UHGV virus genome: UHGV-0107510
DNA length: 12,257 nt
Source: a virus
Direction: 5' to 3' (one strand)
Shown here: piece after piece, positions 6,295 through 12,257 of the stretch
Layout of the letters: each line of letters opens with the position of its first letter
How positions within the stretch are numbered: position 1 is the stretch's first letter
Notes under the pieces: generated by a model
Databases searched by the model: none
What the model was told of the DNA's origin: nothing
What the model saw: only the letters and a program-made list of their open reading frames with translations
Position numbers and translations under genes: made by a program

Positions 6295-7353
6295 ATGCTT
6301 AGTACTGTAAAAATATCCAGTTGTGAGTTAATCAACGCCGACTGCCTGGAATTTATCCGGTCGTTACCCGAAAATTCTGTTGACCTGATAGTCACGGACC
6401 CGCCGTACTTTAAAGTGAAGCCTGAGGGCTGGGATAACCAGTGGAAGGGCGACGATGATTACCTGAAATGGCTGGACCAGTGTCTTGCGCAGTTCTGGCG
6501 GGTGCTGAAACCTGCCGGAAGTCTTTACCTGTTCTGTGGCCATCGCCTGGCGTCTGACATTGAAATCATGATGCGTGAACGCTTCAGTGTGCTGAACCAT
6601 ATTATCTGGGCGAAGCCGTCCGGACGCTGGAACGGGTGCAACAAGGAAAGCCTGAGGGCGTATTTCCCCGCCACAGAGCGCATTCTGTTCGCGGAACATT
6701 ATCAGGGGCCGTATCGCCCGAAAGATGCCGGGTATGAGGCGAAGGGCAGGGCACTGAAACAGCATGTGATGGCTCCGCTGATTGCTTACTTTCGTGATGC
6801 GCGTGCTGCCCTGGGGATAACGGCAAAACAGATTGCTGATGCCACAGGAAAGAAAAACATGGTGTCGCACTGGTTCAGTGCCAGCCAGTGGCAGCTACCG
6901 GACGAAAGCGATTATCTGAAATTACAGGCGCTGTTTGCCCGGGTGGCAGAAGAGAAGCATCAGCGGGGTGAACTGGAAAAGCCCCACCACCAGCTGCTGG
7001 AGACGTATACTTCACTGAACCGGCAGTATGCGGAACTGCAGAGTGAATATAAGCTTCTGCGGCGGTATTTTGGCGTGACGGCGCAGGTGCCGTACACGGA
7101 TGTGTGGACGCATAAACCGGCGCAGTACTATCCCGGGAAACATCCGTGCGAAAAACCGGCAGAAATGCTGCAGCAGATAATCAGTGCGAGCAGTCGTCCG
7201 GGTGACCTGGTTGCAGATTTCTTCATGGGGTCAGGTTCGACAGTCAAAGCAGCGATAGCGCTGGGACGTCGTGCAACTGGCGTTGAGCTGGAGACTGAAC
7301 GTTTTGAGCAGACGGTCAGGGAAGTACAGGATTTAGTCAGTCAGAATGGATGA
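6295..7353 (+). CDS. Orphan DNA methyltransferase, beta-class N6-adenine/N4-cytosine type
   Basis: 352-aa ORF with the catalytic DPPY motif near the N-terminus (IVTDPPYF) and the AdoMet-binding FxGxG motif near the C-terminus (DFFMGSGSTVKAAIALG). That motif order is characteristic of beta-class amino-methyltransferases. No restriction endonuclease gene is adjacent. Confidence 0.85.
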   Translation: MLSTVKISSCELINADCLEFIRSLPENSVDLIVTDPPYFKVKPEGWDNQWKGDDDYLKWLDQCLAQFWRVLKPAGSLYLFCGHRLASDIEIMMRERFSVLNHIIWAKPSGRWNGCNKESLRAYFPATERILFAEHYQGPYRPKDAGYEAKGRALKQHVMAPLIAYFRDARAALGITAKQIADATGKKNMVSHWFSASQWQLPDESDYLKLQALFARVAEEKHQRGELEKPHHQLLETYTSLNRQYAELQSEYKLLRRYFGVTAQVPYTDVWTHKPAQYYPGKHPCEKPAEMLQQIISASSRPGDLVADFFMGSGSTVKAAIALGRRATGVELETERFEQTVREVQDLVSQNG

Positions 7354-7393
7354 TATTGCAGGATTAGTTACGTACCGTTATTATCCTGCGCCC

Positions 7394-7469
7394 GGCCCTT
7401 TAGCTCAGTGGTGAGAGCGAGCGACTCATAATCGCCAGGTCGCTGGTTCAAATCCAGCAAGGGCCACCA
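7394..7469 (+). tRNA. ileZ: tRNA-Ile (anticodon CAU, ileX-like; formally could be tRNA-Met)
   Basis: 76 nt with full cloverleaf: acceptor GGCCCTT/AAGGGCC, anticodon loop CTCATAA (CAT at 7427-7429), T-loop TTCAAAT, encoded CCA. Closely resembles E. coli tRNA-Ile2 (ileX) as I recall it. Gene names follow the ileZ-argN-argO trio described upstream of stx in Stx phages. Confidence 0.85.
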
Positions 7470-7478
7470 TATCACATA

Positions 7479-7555
7479 CCGCCATTAGCTCATCGGGATA
7501 GAGCGCCAGCCTTCGAAGCTGGCTGCGCGGGGTTCGAGTCCTCGATGGCGGTCCA
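7479..7555 (+). tRNA. argN: tRNA-Arg (anticodon UCG)
   Basis: 77 nt: acceptor CCGCCAT/ATGGCGG, D-stem GCTC/GAGC, anticodon stem CCAGC/GCTGG with loop CTTCGAA (TCG at 7513-7515), T-loop TTCGAGT, discriminator T then CCA. Confidence 0.8.
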
Positions 7556-7568
7556 TTATCAGCATCAT

Positions 7569-7645
7569 GCGTTGTTAGCTCAGCCGGACAGAGCAATTGC
7601 CTTCTAAGCAATCGGTCACTGGTTCGAATCCAGTACAACGCGCCA
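7569..7645 (+). tRNA. argO: tRNA-Arg (anticodon UCU, reads AGA/AGG)
   Basis: 77 nt: acceptor GCGTTGT/ACAACGC, D-stem GCTC/GAGC, anticodon stem ATTGC/GCAAT with loop CTTCTAA (TCT at 7603-7605), T-stem ACTGG/CCAGT, T-loop TTCGAAT, discriminator G then CCA. Confidence 0.85.
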
Positions 7646-7659
7646 GACTTATTTTTCCC

Positions 7660-7683
7660 GGCTCGCTTTTGCGGGCCTTTTTT
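7660..7683 (+). terminator. Intrinsic terminator after the tRNA cluster
   Basis: Stem GGCTCGC (7660-7666) / GCGGGCC (7671-7677) with one G:T wobble, TTTT loop, followed by TTTTTT (7678-7683). Confidence 0.55.
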
Positions 7684-7814
7684 GTCTCCGCGCCACGCCC
7701 GGCGCATATCAACCACAGAGCTTTCGGGGGTGAGCTTACGGAGTGGTCAGTGTGACTTTCTCTGTGGGCAGATCGCTCCCGGGCGTTGGCTCACCCACCC
7801 AAAGGAACGTCACG

Positions 7815-8246
7815 ATGTTTGGAATCTTCAAAAAGAAAACCCGCAGAGCGGCTGCGGAAATTAAAAAGTTTGAAAAACGCGATCTGGCACAAGCAGTGAT
7901 TAACGCTGCATACCTGGTGGCTTATGCCGATGGTGAATGTGAGGCTTCCGAGAAAGCGAAGATCGAACAGGTATTACGTAACCAGCCCACCTTGTCCGCG
8001 TTTACGTCAGAAATTAATGCGATTAGCGCAACCATTATCGGTCAGCTGGATACGAACTTTAAAATTGGTCGTCGTGCGGCGTTACGTGAGATCGAGGATG
8101 TGAAACACGATACGCGTGAAGCGGAAGACGTGCTGGATGTGGCGGTGGCCATTGCCGAAGCAGACGGCGAAATAGAGCCGGAAGAGCGCAAGGTGCTGGA
8201 AGAGATTGCCGGTGTTCTGGGCCTTCGTCTGGAGAATCATCTGTGA
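7815..8246 (+). CDS. TerB-family (tellurite resistance TerB-like) protein
   Basis: 143-aa product from ATG 7815, with AAGGAA Shine-Dalgarno at 7802-7807. It has the duplicated acidic TerB signature (…LVAYADGECEASEKAKIEQVL… and …AVAIAEADGEIEPEERKVLEEIAGVLGL…), which aligns by eye with canonical TerB. The listed ATG at 7743 lacks a Shine-Dalgarno and adds a non-conserved extension. Confidence 0.75.
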   Translation: MFGIFKKKTRRAAAEIKKFEKRDLAQAVINAAYLVAYADGECEASEKAKIEQVLRNQPTLSAFTSEINAISATIIGQLDTNFKIGRRAALREIEDVKHDTREAEDVLDVAVAIAEADGEIEPEERKVLEEIAGVLGLRLENHL

Positions 8247-8254
8247 CGGTAAAA

Positions 8255-8407
8255 ATGCGTCTGGCTGTGGTTGCGCTCCTGCTGTTTCTGGTGGTGATGG
8301 TGGACTTCAGCAGCCGGATAATGTCAGTGCTGGCTGACGGTGTGCTGGTGGCGGGTGTGGTGGTTGTTGCTTTCCCGTTGCTGAAAAAGAAAGCATCAGG
8401 CGATTAG
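8255..8407 (+). CDS. 50-aa hydrophobic membrane peptide (two predicted TM segments)
   Basis: MRLAVVALLLFLVVMVDFSSRIMSVLADGVLVAGVVVVAFPLLKKKASGD: two hydrophobic stretches and a KKK-containing C-terminus. Starts 8 nt after the TerB-like stop, suggesting co-transcription. Below the ORF-track length cut-off; found by manual translation. Confidence 0.4.
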   Translation: MRLAVVALLLFLVVMVDFSSRIMSVLADGVLVAGVVVVAFPLLKKKASGD

Positions 8408-8647
8408 CAGGGTATCAGTTACCCGTTGAAATTTTTAAATACCTCACAATTCAGGCGGTTGACTGTTGTCTGGTTTGCGGGGAGTTTGTTAAAAGAAACT
8501 GGCATGGTGAATCCCCCTGTGCGGAGGGGCAATCAGCAACTGGTGTTTTGTCACCGACCCTTATCCTTTCTGTGCGGGTTCAGGTGCTGATACTGAACTC
8601 ACCGGGAGGCACCCGGCACCATGCAATGGCACATAGCGCCACTCTCC

Positions 8648-8674
8648 AGCCCCTCTCCGGAGGGGCTTTCTTGT
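8648..8674 (+). terminator. Intrinsic terminator candidate
   Basis: Perfect 8-bp stem AGCCCCTC / GAGGGGCT with loop TCCG, followed by a T-rich tail TTCTTGT. Confidence 0.5.
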
Positions 8675-8678
8675 GGGC

Positions 8679-8705
8679 AAAAAAAAAGCCCGAGTGGGTT
8701 CGGGC
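8679..8705 (-). terminator. Minus-strand intrinsic terminator
   Basis: On the + strand, A9 (8679-8687) is followed by hairpin GCCCGA-GTGGGT-TCGGGC (8688-8705). Read on the minus strand this is a GC hairpin followed by U9. No T-run follows on the + strand. Confidence 0.5.
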
Positions 8706-8760
8706 AACAGCATGAGATATACATTTTTATAATCGAATGGATTTTAACCAGAATTCATAA

Positions 8761-8787
8761 GGCTGCGCAACTGCGCGGCCTTTTTCG
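8761..8787 (+). terminator. Intrinsic terminator candidate
   Basis: Stem GGCTGCGC / GCGCGGCC (8 bp, one G:T wobble) with loop AACT, followed by TTTTT (8781-8785). Confidence 0.5.
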
Positions 8788-8888
8788 TATTGCGGGCTGT
8801 AGTCTTCCTCCTGCCATTGTCCTGTAACTTCCGGACTTCAGCCCGTTCCCTCATCTGACTCACAACATTATCCCGACCGGGAGGATTC

Positions 8889-10868
8889 ATGACATTTAAA
8901 CACTACGATGTGGTCAGGGCGGCGTCGCCGTCAGACCTTGCGGAGCGACTGACACAAAAACTGAAGGAGGGGTGGCAGCCATTTGGCAGCCCTGTCGCCA
9001 TCACGCCTTATACCCTGATGCAGGCCATTGCGGCGGAAGGTGATGTCACCACACCTGTGGTGGTGAAGCCGTCGGATGGAGAAGGCACAGTTATCAGCAC
9101 CACCAGCGAACCGGAGTATTACTTTGTTGTTGTTCTGGCGGGGCAGTCAAACTCAATGTCTTTTGGTGAAGGGCTGCCGCTGCCGGAGACATATGACCGT
9201 CCGGACCCGCGTATTAAACAGCTGGCGCGTCGCAGTACGGTGACGCCGGGTGGTGCCGCCTGTAAATATAACGACATCATTCCGGCAGACCACTGTCTGC
9301 ATGATGTGCAGGATATGAGTAACCTGAATCATCCTGAAGCGGACTTGTCAAAGGGACAGTACGGTTGTGTGGGGCATGCTCTGCATGTTGCCAAAAAGCT
9401 GCTGCCGTTTATGCCTGCGAATGCGGGTATCCTTCTTGTTCCATGTGGCCGTGGCGATTCGGGATTTACTGCGGGGGCCGAGGGGGCGTTTAACGAAGCG
9501 TCGGGAGCGACCGCAGGCTCGTCCCTGTGGGGGGCGGATAAACCGCTGTATCATGACCTGGTCAGCAGAACCCGTGCGGCCCTGAAGAAAAATCCGAAGA
9601 ACGTGCTGTTATCAGTGATCTGGATGCAGGGAGAAAAAGATGTCAGTTCGGGGAGACATGCAGAACACAATGCGCTTTTCCTTGCCATGGTAAATCAGTT
9701 CCGTACGGAACTGGCAGATGTGGCAGAGCAGTGTACTGGCGGGACAACGGCCAGCGTCCCGTGGATTTGCGGTGATACCACGTACTACTGGAAGGAAAGG
9801 TATGCAGCGCCGTATGAGGCGGTTTACGGTGGGTATAAAGGCAAAGTTGCGCAGAATATTCACTTTGTGCCGTTGATGACGGATGAGCATGGTGTGAATG
9901 TGCCGACAAACGAGCCGTCAGAAGATCCGGACATTATCCCGGCGGGATACTATGGCGCTGCGTCACGCACTGCCAGTAACTGGACGGCAGCCGATCGTAA
10001 AACGCACTTCAGTTCATGGGCGCGAAGAGGCCTTGTTTCAGACCGCCTGGCAGGTGCCATTTTGCAGTACGCCGGGCGGACATTATCGTTCCTTACCGGG
10101 CAGAGCGCACCGCAGTCGGGTGGTACAACTCCTGTCAGTCCGGGGACACCGGATGTTGAGAAACCGCAGGATGGCGGTGTTGCTGGTACTGGTCATGATG
10201 AGGCCGTGAGCAGTACCAGGACGGTGGCTGAATATGATGCGAACAGTGGAAATGGTGCATTGACAGAGCAGCAGTGGGGCGCTTCCGGCGGCAAAGGCAC
10301 TGTGACTGATGACGGTGGACGGAAAGCGCTGCGACTGGAAAAACAGCCCGGTAAACTGACGTCCTGGAAAATGTTCCGTACTGTTGCAGTGGAGGAGGCA
10401 AAAAATCTTCTCAGCAAGGGGGGTGAAATTGCCGTACGGTTCAAAATTCCGGATGGAAGCGAACTGGTGAACGGACAGTTTGTCTTTGGTCTCTACTGGC
10501 CGGTGTCGCAGTGGGCGTCAGGCGCGGCAGCAAACAGTATGCTGGCATCATTCTTCCTTCAGACGGATGCATCAAATCTGAATCTTATGCACCACAAGGG
10601 CACGTCGAATGCACAACTGGGTACATTTGGTGCGTTTGACCATAACTGGCATACGGTTGTTTTCCGCTTTGCGGGAAATAACAGCGAAAGAGTCGTTCCG
10701 GTGATTGATGGTACAGAGCAGACGGCGTTTGACCTTGTGATGTGGACAAATGATGGCTTTACAGCAGATACGCTGACGCTGACAGATATCACGGGGACAA
10801 AAGCGACGTATCCGGTACTGCTTGATACGGTCACTGTCAACGTTAACGAAAGCCGGGCATCAGCATAA
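8889..10868 (+). CDS. nanS-p: NanS-p-like prophage sialate O-acetylesterase (DUF1737 N-terminal domain, esterase core, C-terminal domain after a Gly/Thr/Pro-rich linker)
   Basis: 659-aa ORF with GGGAGG Shine-Dalgarno. The N-terminus MTFKHYDVVRAASPSDLAERLTQKLKEGWQPFGSPV matches the DUF1737 start of the gene found just downstream of stx in Stx phages; the esterase core starts near VVVLAGQSNSMSFG. Confidence 0.85.
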   Translation: MTFKHYDVVRAASPSDLAERLTQKLKEGWQPFGSPVAITPYTLMQAIAAEGDVTTPVVVKPSDGEGTVISTTSEPEYYFVVVLAGQSNSMSFGEGLPLPETYDRPDPRIKQLARRSTVTPGGAACKYNDIIPADHCLHDVQDMSNLNHPEADLSKGQYGCVGHALHVAKKLLPFMPANAGILLVPCGRGDSGFTAGAEGAFNEASGATAGSSLWGADKPLYHDLVSRTRAALKKNPKNVLLSVIWMQGEKDVSSGRHAEHNALFLAMVNQFRTELADVAEQCTGGTTASVPWICGDTTYYWKERYAAPYEAVYGGYKGKVAQNIHFVPLMTDEHGVNVPTNEPSEDPDIIPAGYYGAASRTASNWTAADRKTHFSSWARRGLVSDRLAGAILQYAGRTLSFLTGQSAPQSGGTTPVSPGTPDVEKPQDGGVAGTGHDEAVSSTRTVAEYDANSGNGALTEQQWGASGGKGTVTDDGGRKALRLEKQPGKLTSWKMFRTVAVEEAKNLLSKGGEIAVRFKIPDGSELVNGQFVFGLYWPVSQWASGAAANSMLASFFLQTDASNLNLMHHKGTSNAQLGTFGAFDHNWHTVVFRFAGNNSERVVPVIDGTEQTAFDLVMWTNDGFTADTLTLTDITGTKATYPVLLDTVTVNVNESRASA

Positions 10869-10873
10869 CCGGC

Positions 10874-10911
10874 AAAAAAAAACCGCCAGCGGCAGGAACG
10901 GAAGCTGGCGG
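10874..10911 (-). terminator. Minus-strand intrinsic terminator candidate
   Basis: On the + strand, A9 (10874-10882) is followed by stem CCGCCAGC (10883-10890) / GCTGGCGG (10904-10911) with a 13-nt loop. A hairpin followed by a U-run exists only on the minus strand. Confidence 0.4.
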
Positions 10912-11008
10912 AGGTAATCCCAATGGAGAATGTAAAGAAAAGATGCTTTCGTACATTGGTTTTTTAAATGAAAACAGTTCTCATTGTCAACCATAACGGT
11001 AAGAAACT

Positions 11009-11203
11009 ATGACATTTATTCATCAGGTGATGCTGTACTTCTGTACGGCGGTCTGTGTGCTGTATCTTCTTTCGGGTGGGTACAGGGCAGTGCGCGATTT
11101 CTGGCGCAGGCAGATTGATAAAAGGGCCGCAGAGAAAATCAGCGCCAGTCAGTCAGCCGGAGCAAAAACAGAAGCCCCACTCATTCCGGAACAACCTTCT
11201 TAA
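11009..11203 (+). CDS. Small hypothetical membrane protein (64 aa, one N-terminal TM segment)
   Basis: ORF in the late-gene orientation with a hydrophobic N-terminus (VMLYFCTAVCVLYLL). Weak Shine-Dalgarno. No family recognised. Confidence 0.4.
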   Translation: MTFIHQVMLYFCTAVCVLYLLSGGYRAVRDFWRRQIDKRAAEKISASQSAGAKTEAPLIPEQPS

Positions 11204-11228
11204 TAACCCCTTTCAACGAGAAAATCCT

Positions 11229-11519
11229 ATGTCAGAAATAAAATCGCTGGTCACTGCTGAGGCAGTGAAGGAAGTCCTGCGCTCTGAAGAAGTCAGAAGC
11301 GCACTGAAACAGCAACTTCGGCAGAACCTTGAGGCGCGTCTTGATGCAGAAGTGGATGCCATTCTGGATGAATTGCTTGGTGCACAGCCGGAACCATCCC
11401 CGGAACTGCTTCCGGAACCACAGGCGGAAGATGTCACCACGGAAAATGGTGATATTCAGCCGGAGTCACCGGTGACGGATATGACAGACACACAACCCGA
11501 ACCGGGCACAATGCTGTAA
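11229..11519 (+). CDS. Hypothetical acidic protein (96 aa)
   Basis: ATG at 11229 with a GAGAAAA purine tract upstream. N-terminal predicted helical region (…ALKQQLRQNLEARLDAEVDAILDELLG…) followed by a Pro/Glu-rich acidic tail. Followed by a strong terminator. Confidence 0.5.
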   Translation: MSEIKSLVTAEAVKEVLRSEEVRSALKQQLRQNLEARLDAEVDAILDELLGAQPEPSPELLPEPQAEDVTTENGDIQPESPVTDMTDTQPEPGTML

Positions 11520-11529
11520 CGGCGGGGCA

Positions 11530-11560
11530 GGGCCATCAGTAAAGAGCTGGTGGCCCTTTT
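11530..11560 (+). terminator. Intrinsic terminator upstream of the lysis cassette
   Basis: 10-bp stem GGGCCATCAG / CTGGTGGCCC (one G:T wobble), 7-nt loop, followed by TTTTGTTGTTG. Confidence 0.6.
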
Positions 11561-11594
11561 GTTGTTGTGAGCTTCCGAGTACGGGAGACGGGGT

Positions 11595-11810
11595 ATGTAC
11601 CAGATGGAAAAAATCACAACAGGTGTGTCATACACCACGTCAGCGGTGGGAACGGGCTACTGGTTCCTGCAGTTGCTGGACAGGGTTTCCCCGTCTCAGT
11701 GGGCGGCAATAGGCGTGCTGGGGAGTCTGCTGTTTGGTCTGCTGACATATCTGACGAACCTGTATTTCAAAATTAAAGAAGACCGGCGTAAGGCGGCGCG
11801 GGGAGAGTAG
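11595..11810 (+). CDS. S: Phage holin (Stx-phage S-like)
   Basis: 71-aa product [71 protein letters not shown] has two hydrophobic segments and a charged C-terminal tail. Near-identical, as I recall it, to the 933W-type holin. GGAG Shine-Dalgarno 9 nt upstream. Two Met codons at positions 1 and 4 (possible dual start). Confidence 0.85.
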   Translation: MYQMEKITTGVSYTTSAVGTGYWFLQLLDRVSPSQWAAIGVLGSLLFGLLTYLTNLYFKIKEDRRKAARGE

Positions 11811-11813
11811 ACG

Positions 11814-12164
11814 ATGAATAAACAATACGAACTGGTTGTTAAAGGGATAAATAATTACCCGGATAAGATTACTGTTACTGTGGCACTGGAAATTGGTGGG
11901 TATCCGTCACTGTTGTTGCCATATGTGGCGATTAGTCTTGACCGTACTGAAGGTGCCACGCTGGAGTTTTACGAAGCTGAGGCGAAAAAGCAGGCGAAGC
12001 AGTTTTTCATGGATGTTGCTGCCGGGTTATGTGAAGGGAACGAACCGTTGCCGGAAAAGCGCCCCGTAATTTTAGAGGCGCAGAATGTATGGATAACCAA
12101 AAAAAGAAATCTACCGGGAAGAATTACTGGTTCTCTGAAGACTCCACCGGAATCACAACCTTAA
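11814..12164 (+). CDS. DUF1327-family protein (YdfR-like), between holin and endolysin
   Basis: 116-aa ORF starting 4 nt after the holin stop, with GGAGAG Shine-Dalgarno. The MNKQYELVVKGINNYPDKITVTVAL N-terminus and the holin-to-endolysin position match YdfR-type proteins of E. coli prophages, by recollection. Confidence 0.65.
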   Translation: MNKQYELVVKGINNYPDKITVTVALEIGGYPSLLLPYVAISLDRTEGATLEFYEAEAKKQAKQFFMDVAAGLCEGNEPLPEKRPVILEAQNVWITKKRNLPGRITGSLKTPPESQP

Positions 12165-12227
12165 TTCACTGACCGGAACAGATAAACCTGTCCGTGGGCA
12201 GAAACCGATAAATCCTGATAAATATCC

Positions 12228-12257
12228 ATGAACGCAAAAATCAGATACGGCCTGTCG
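12228..12257 (+). CDS. R: Endolysin R (lysozyme), 5' fragment truncated by the window end
   Basis: ATG at 12228 gives MNAKIRYGLS, which matches my recollection of the N-terminus of the Stx-phage endolysin. Only 10 codons are visible, so this rests on position and that short match. Confidence 0.45.
   Translation, partial: MNAKIRYGLS

Noticed and set aside
6364-6870. 168-aa and 74-aa minus-strand ORFs inside the methyltransferase gene
   Set aside because: Fully embedded antisense within a gene that carries clear catalytic motifs; no independent support.
7426-7716. 96-aa minus-strand ORF
   Set aside because: It lies entirely antisense to the three tRNA genes and their terminator; an artefact of GC-rich structured RNA sequence.
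7743-7814. N-terminal extension of the TerB-like ORF starting at ATG 7743
   Set aside because: No Shine-Dalgarno, and the extension (MVSVTFSVGRSLPGVGSPTQRNVT) is not TerB-like; ATG 7815 has AAGGAA at the right spacing and starts with a TerB-like N-terminus.
8621-8827. 68-aa plus-strand ORF in the spacer before nanS-p
   Set aside because: Runs straight through three terminator hairpins and a poly-A tract; much more likely non-coding structured sequence.
7684-8888. Shiga toxin genes stxA/stxB at the canonical position between the tRNAs and nanS-p
   Set aside because: Looked for specifically. The only ORFs there are the TerB-like gene and a 50-aa peptide; nothing has the size or signal-peptide plus A/B-subunit organisation of stx.
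9348-10840. Multiple 68-103-aa ORFs on both strands inside nanS-p
   Set aside because: All are embedded in or antisense to the 659-aa esterase ORF; their translations are Arg/Pro/His-rich, typical of off-frame reading of a GC-rich gene.
11567-11776. 69-aa plus-strand ORF and 61-aa minus-strand ORF (11640-11825) overlapping the holin
   Set aside because: Alternative-frame or antisense to the holin gene, which has a Shine-Dalgarno, TM segments and a charged tail; no independent support.
1-12257. CRISPR array, integrase/attachment site or insertion sequence
   Set aside because: No regularly spaced direct repeats, no transposase- or integrase-like ORF, and no terminal inverted repeats were seen; the window appears to be internal to the prophage.

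Overview
This window reads as a contiguous stretch of a lambdoid, Stx-phage-like prophage from an enterobacterium (probably E. coli), almost all on the + strand, running from the early-right/nin region through antiterminator Q into the late lysis cassette. In order: a 5'-truncated hypothetical gene; an ORF6N-type antirepressor-like gene behind a structured leader; a Hok/Gef type I toxin locus; a minus-strand HigB-2-like toxin / HTH antitoxin pair whose toxin looks frameshifted; two small ORFs coupled to a DUF968 (YdfU-like) gene; rusA; Q with a candidate pR'-tR' unit; a small winged-helix-like ORF; an orphan beta-class DNA methyltransferase; three tRNAs (Ile-CAU, Arg-UCG, Arg-UCU); a TerB-like gene plus a 50-aa two-helix membrane peptide; a terminator-dense 480-bp spacer; a NanS-p-like esterase; small late ORFs; holin, a DUF1327 gene and the first 10 codons of the endolysin. 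No Shiga toxin genes are present: the slot between the tRNAs and nanS-p, where stx sits in Stx phages, holds the TerB-like pair instead, which is my best candidate for an uncharacterised accessory (possibly exclusion) module. All family assignments come from reading the translations and from recalled family signatures; no database search was run.
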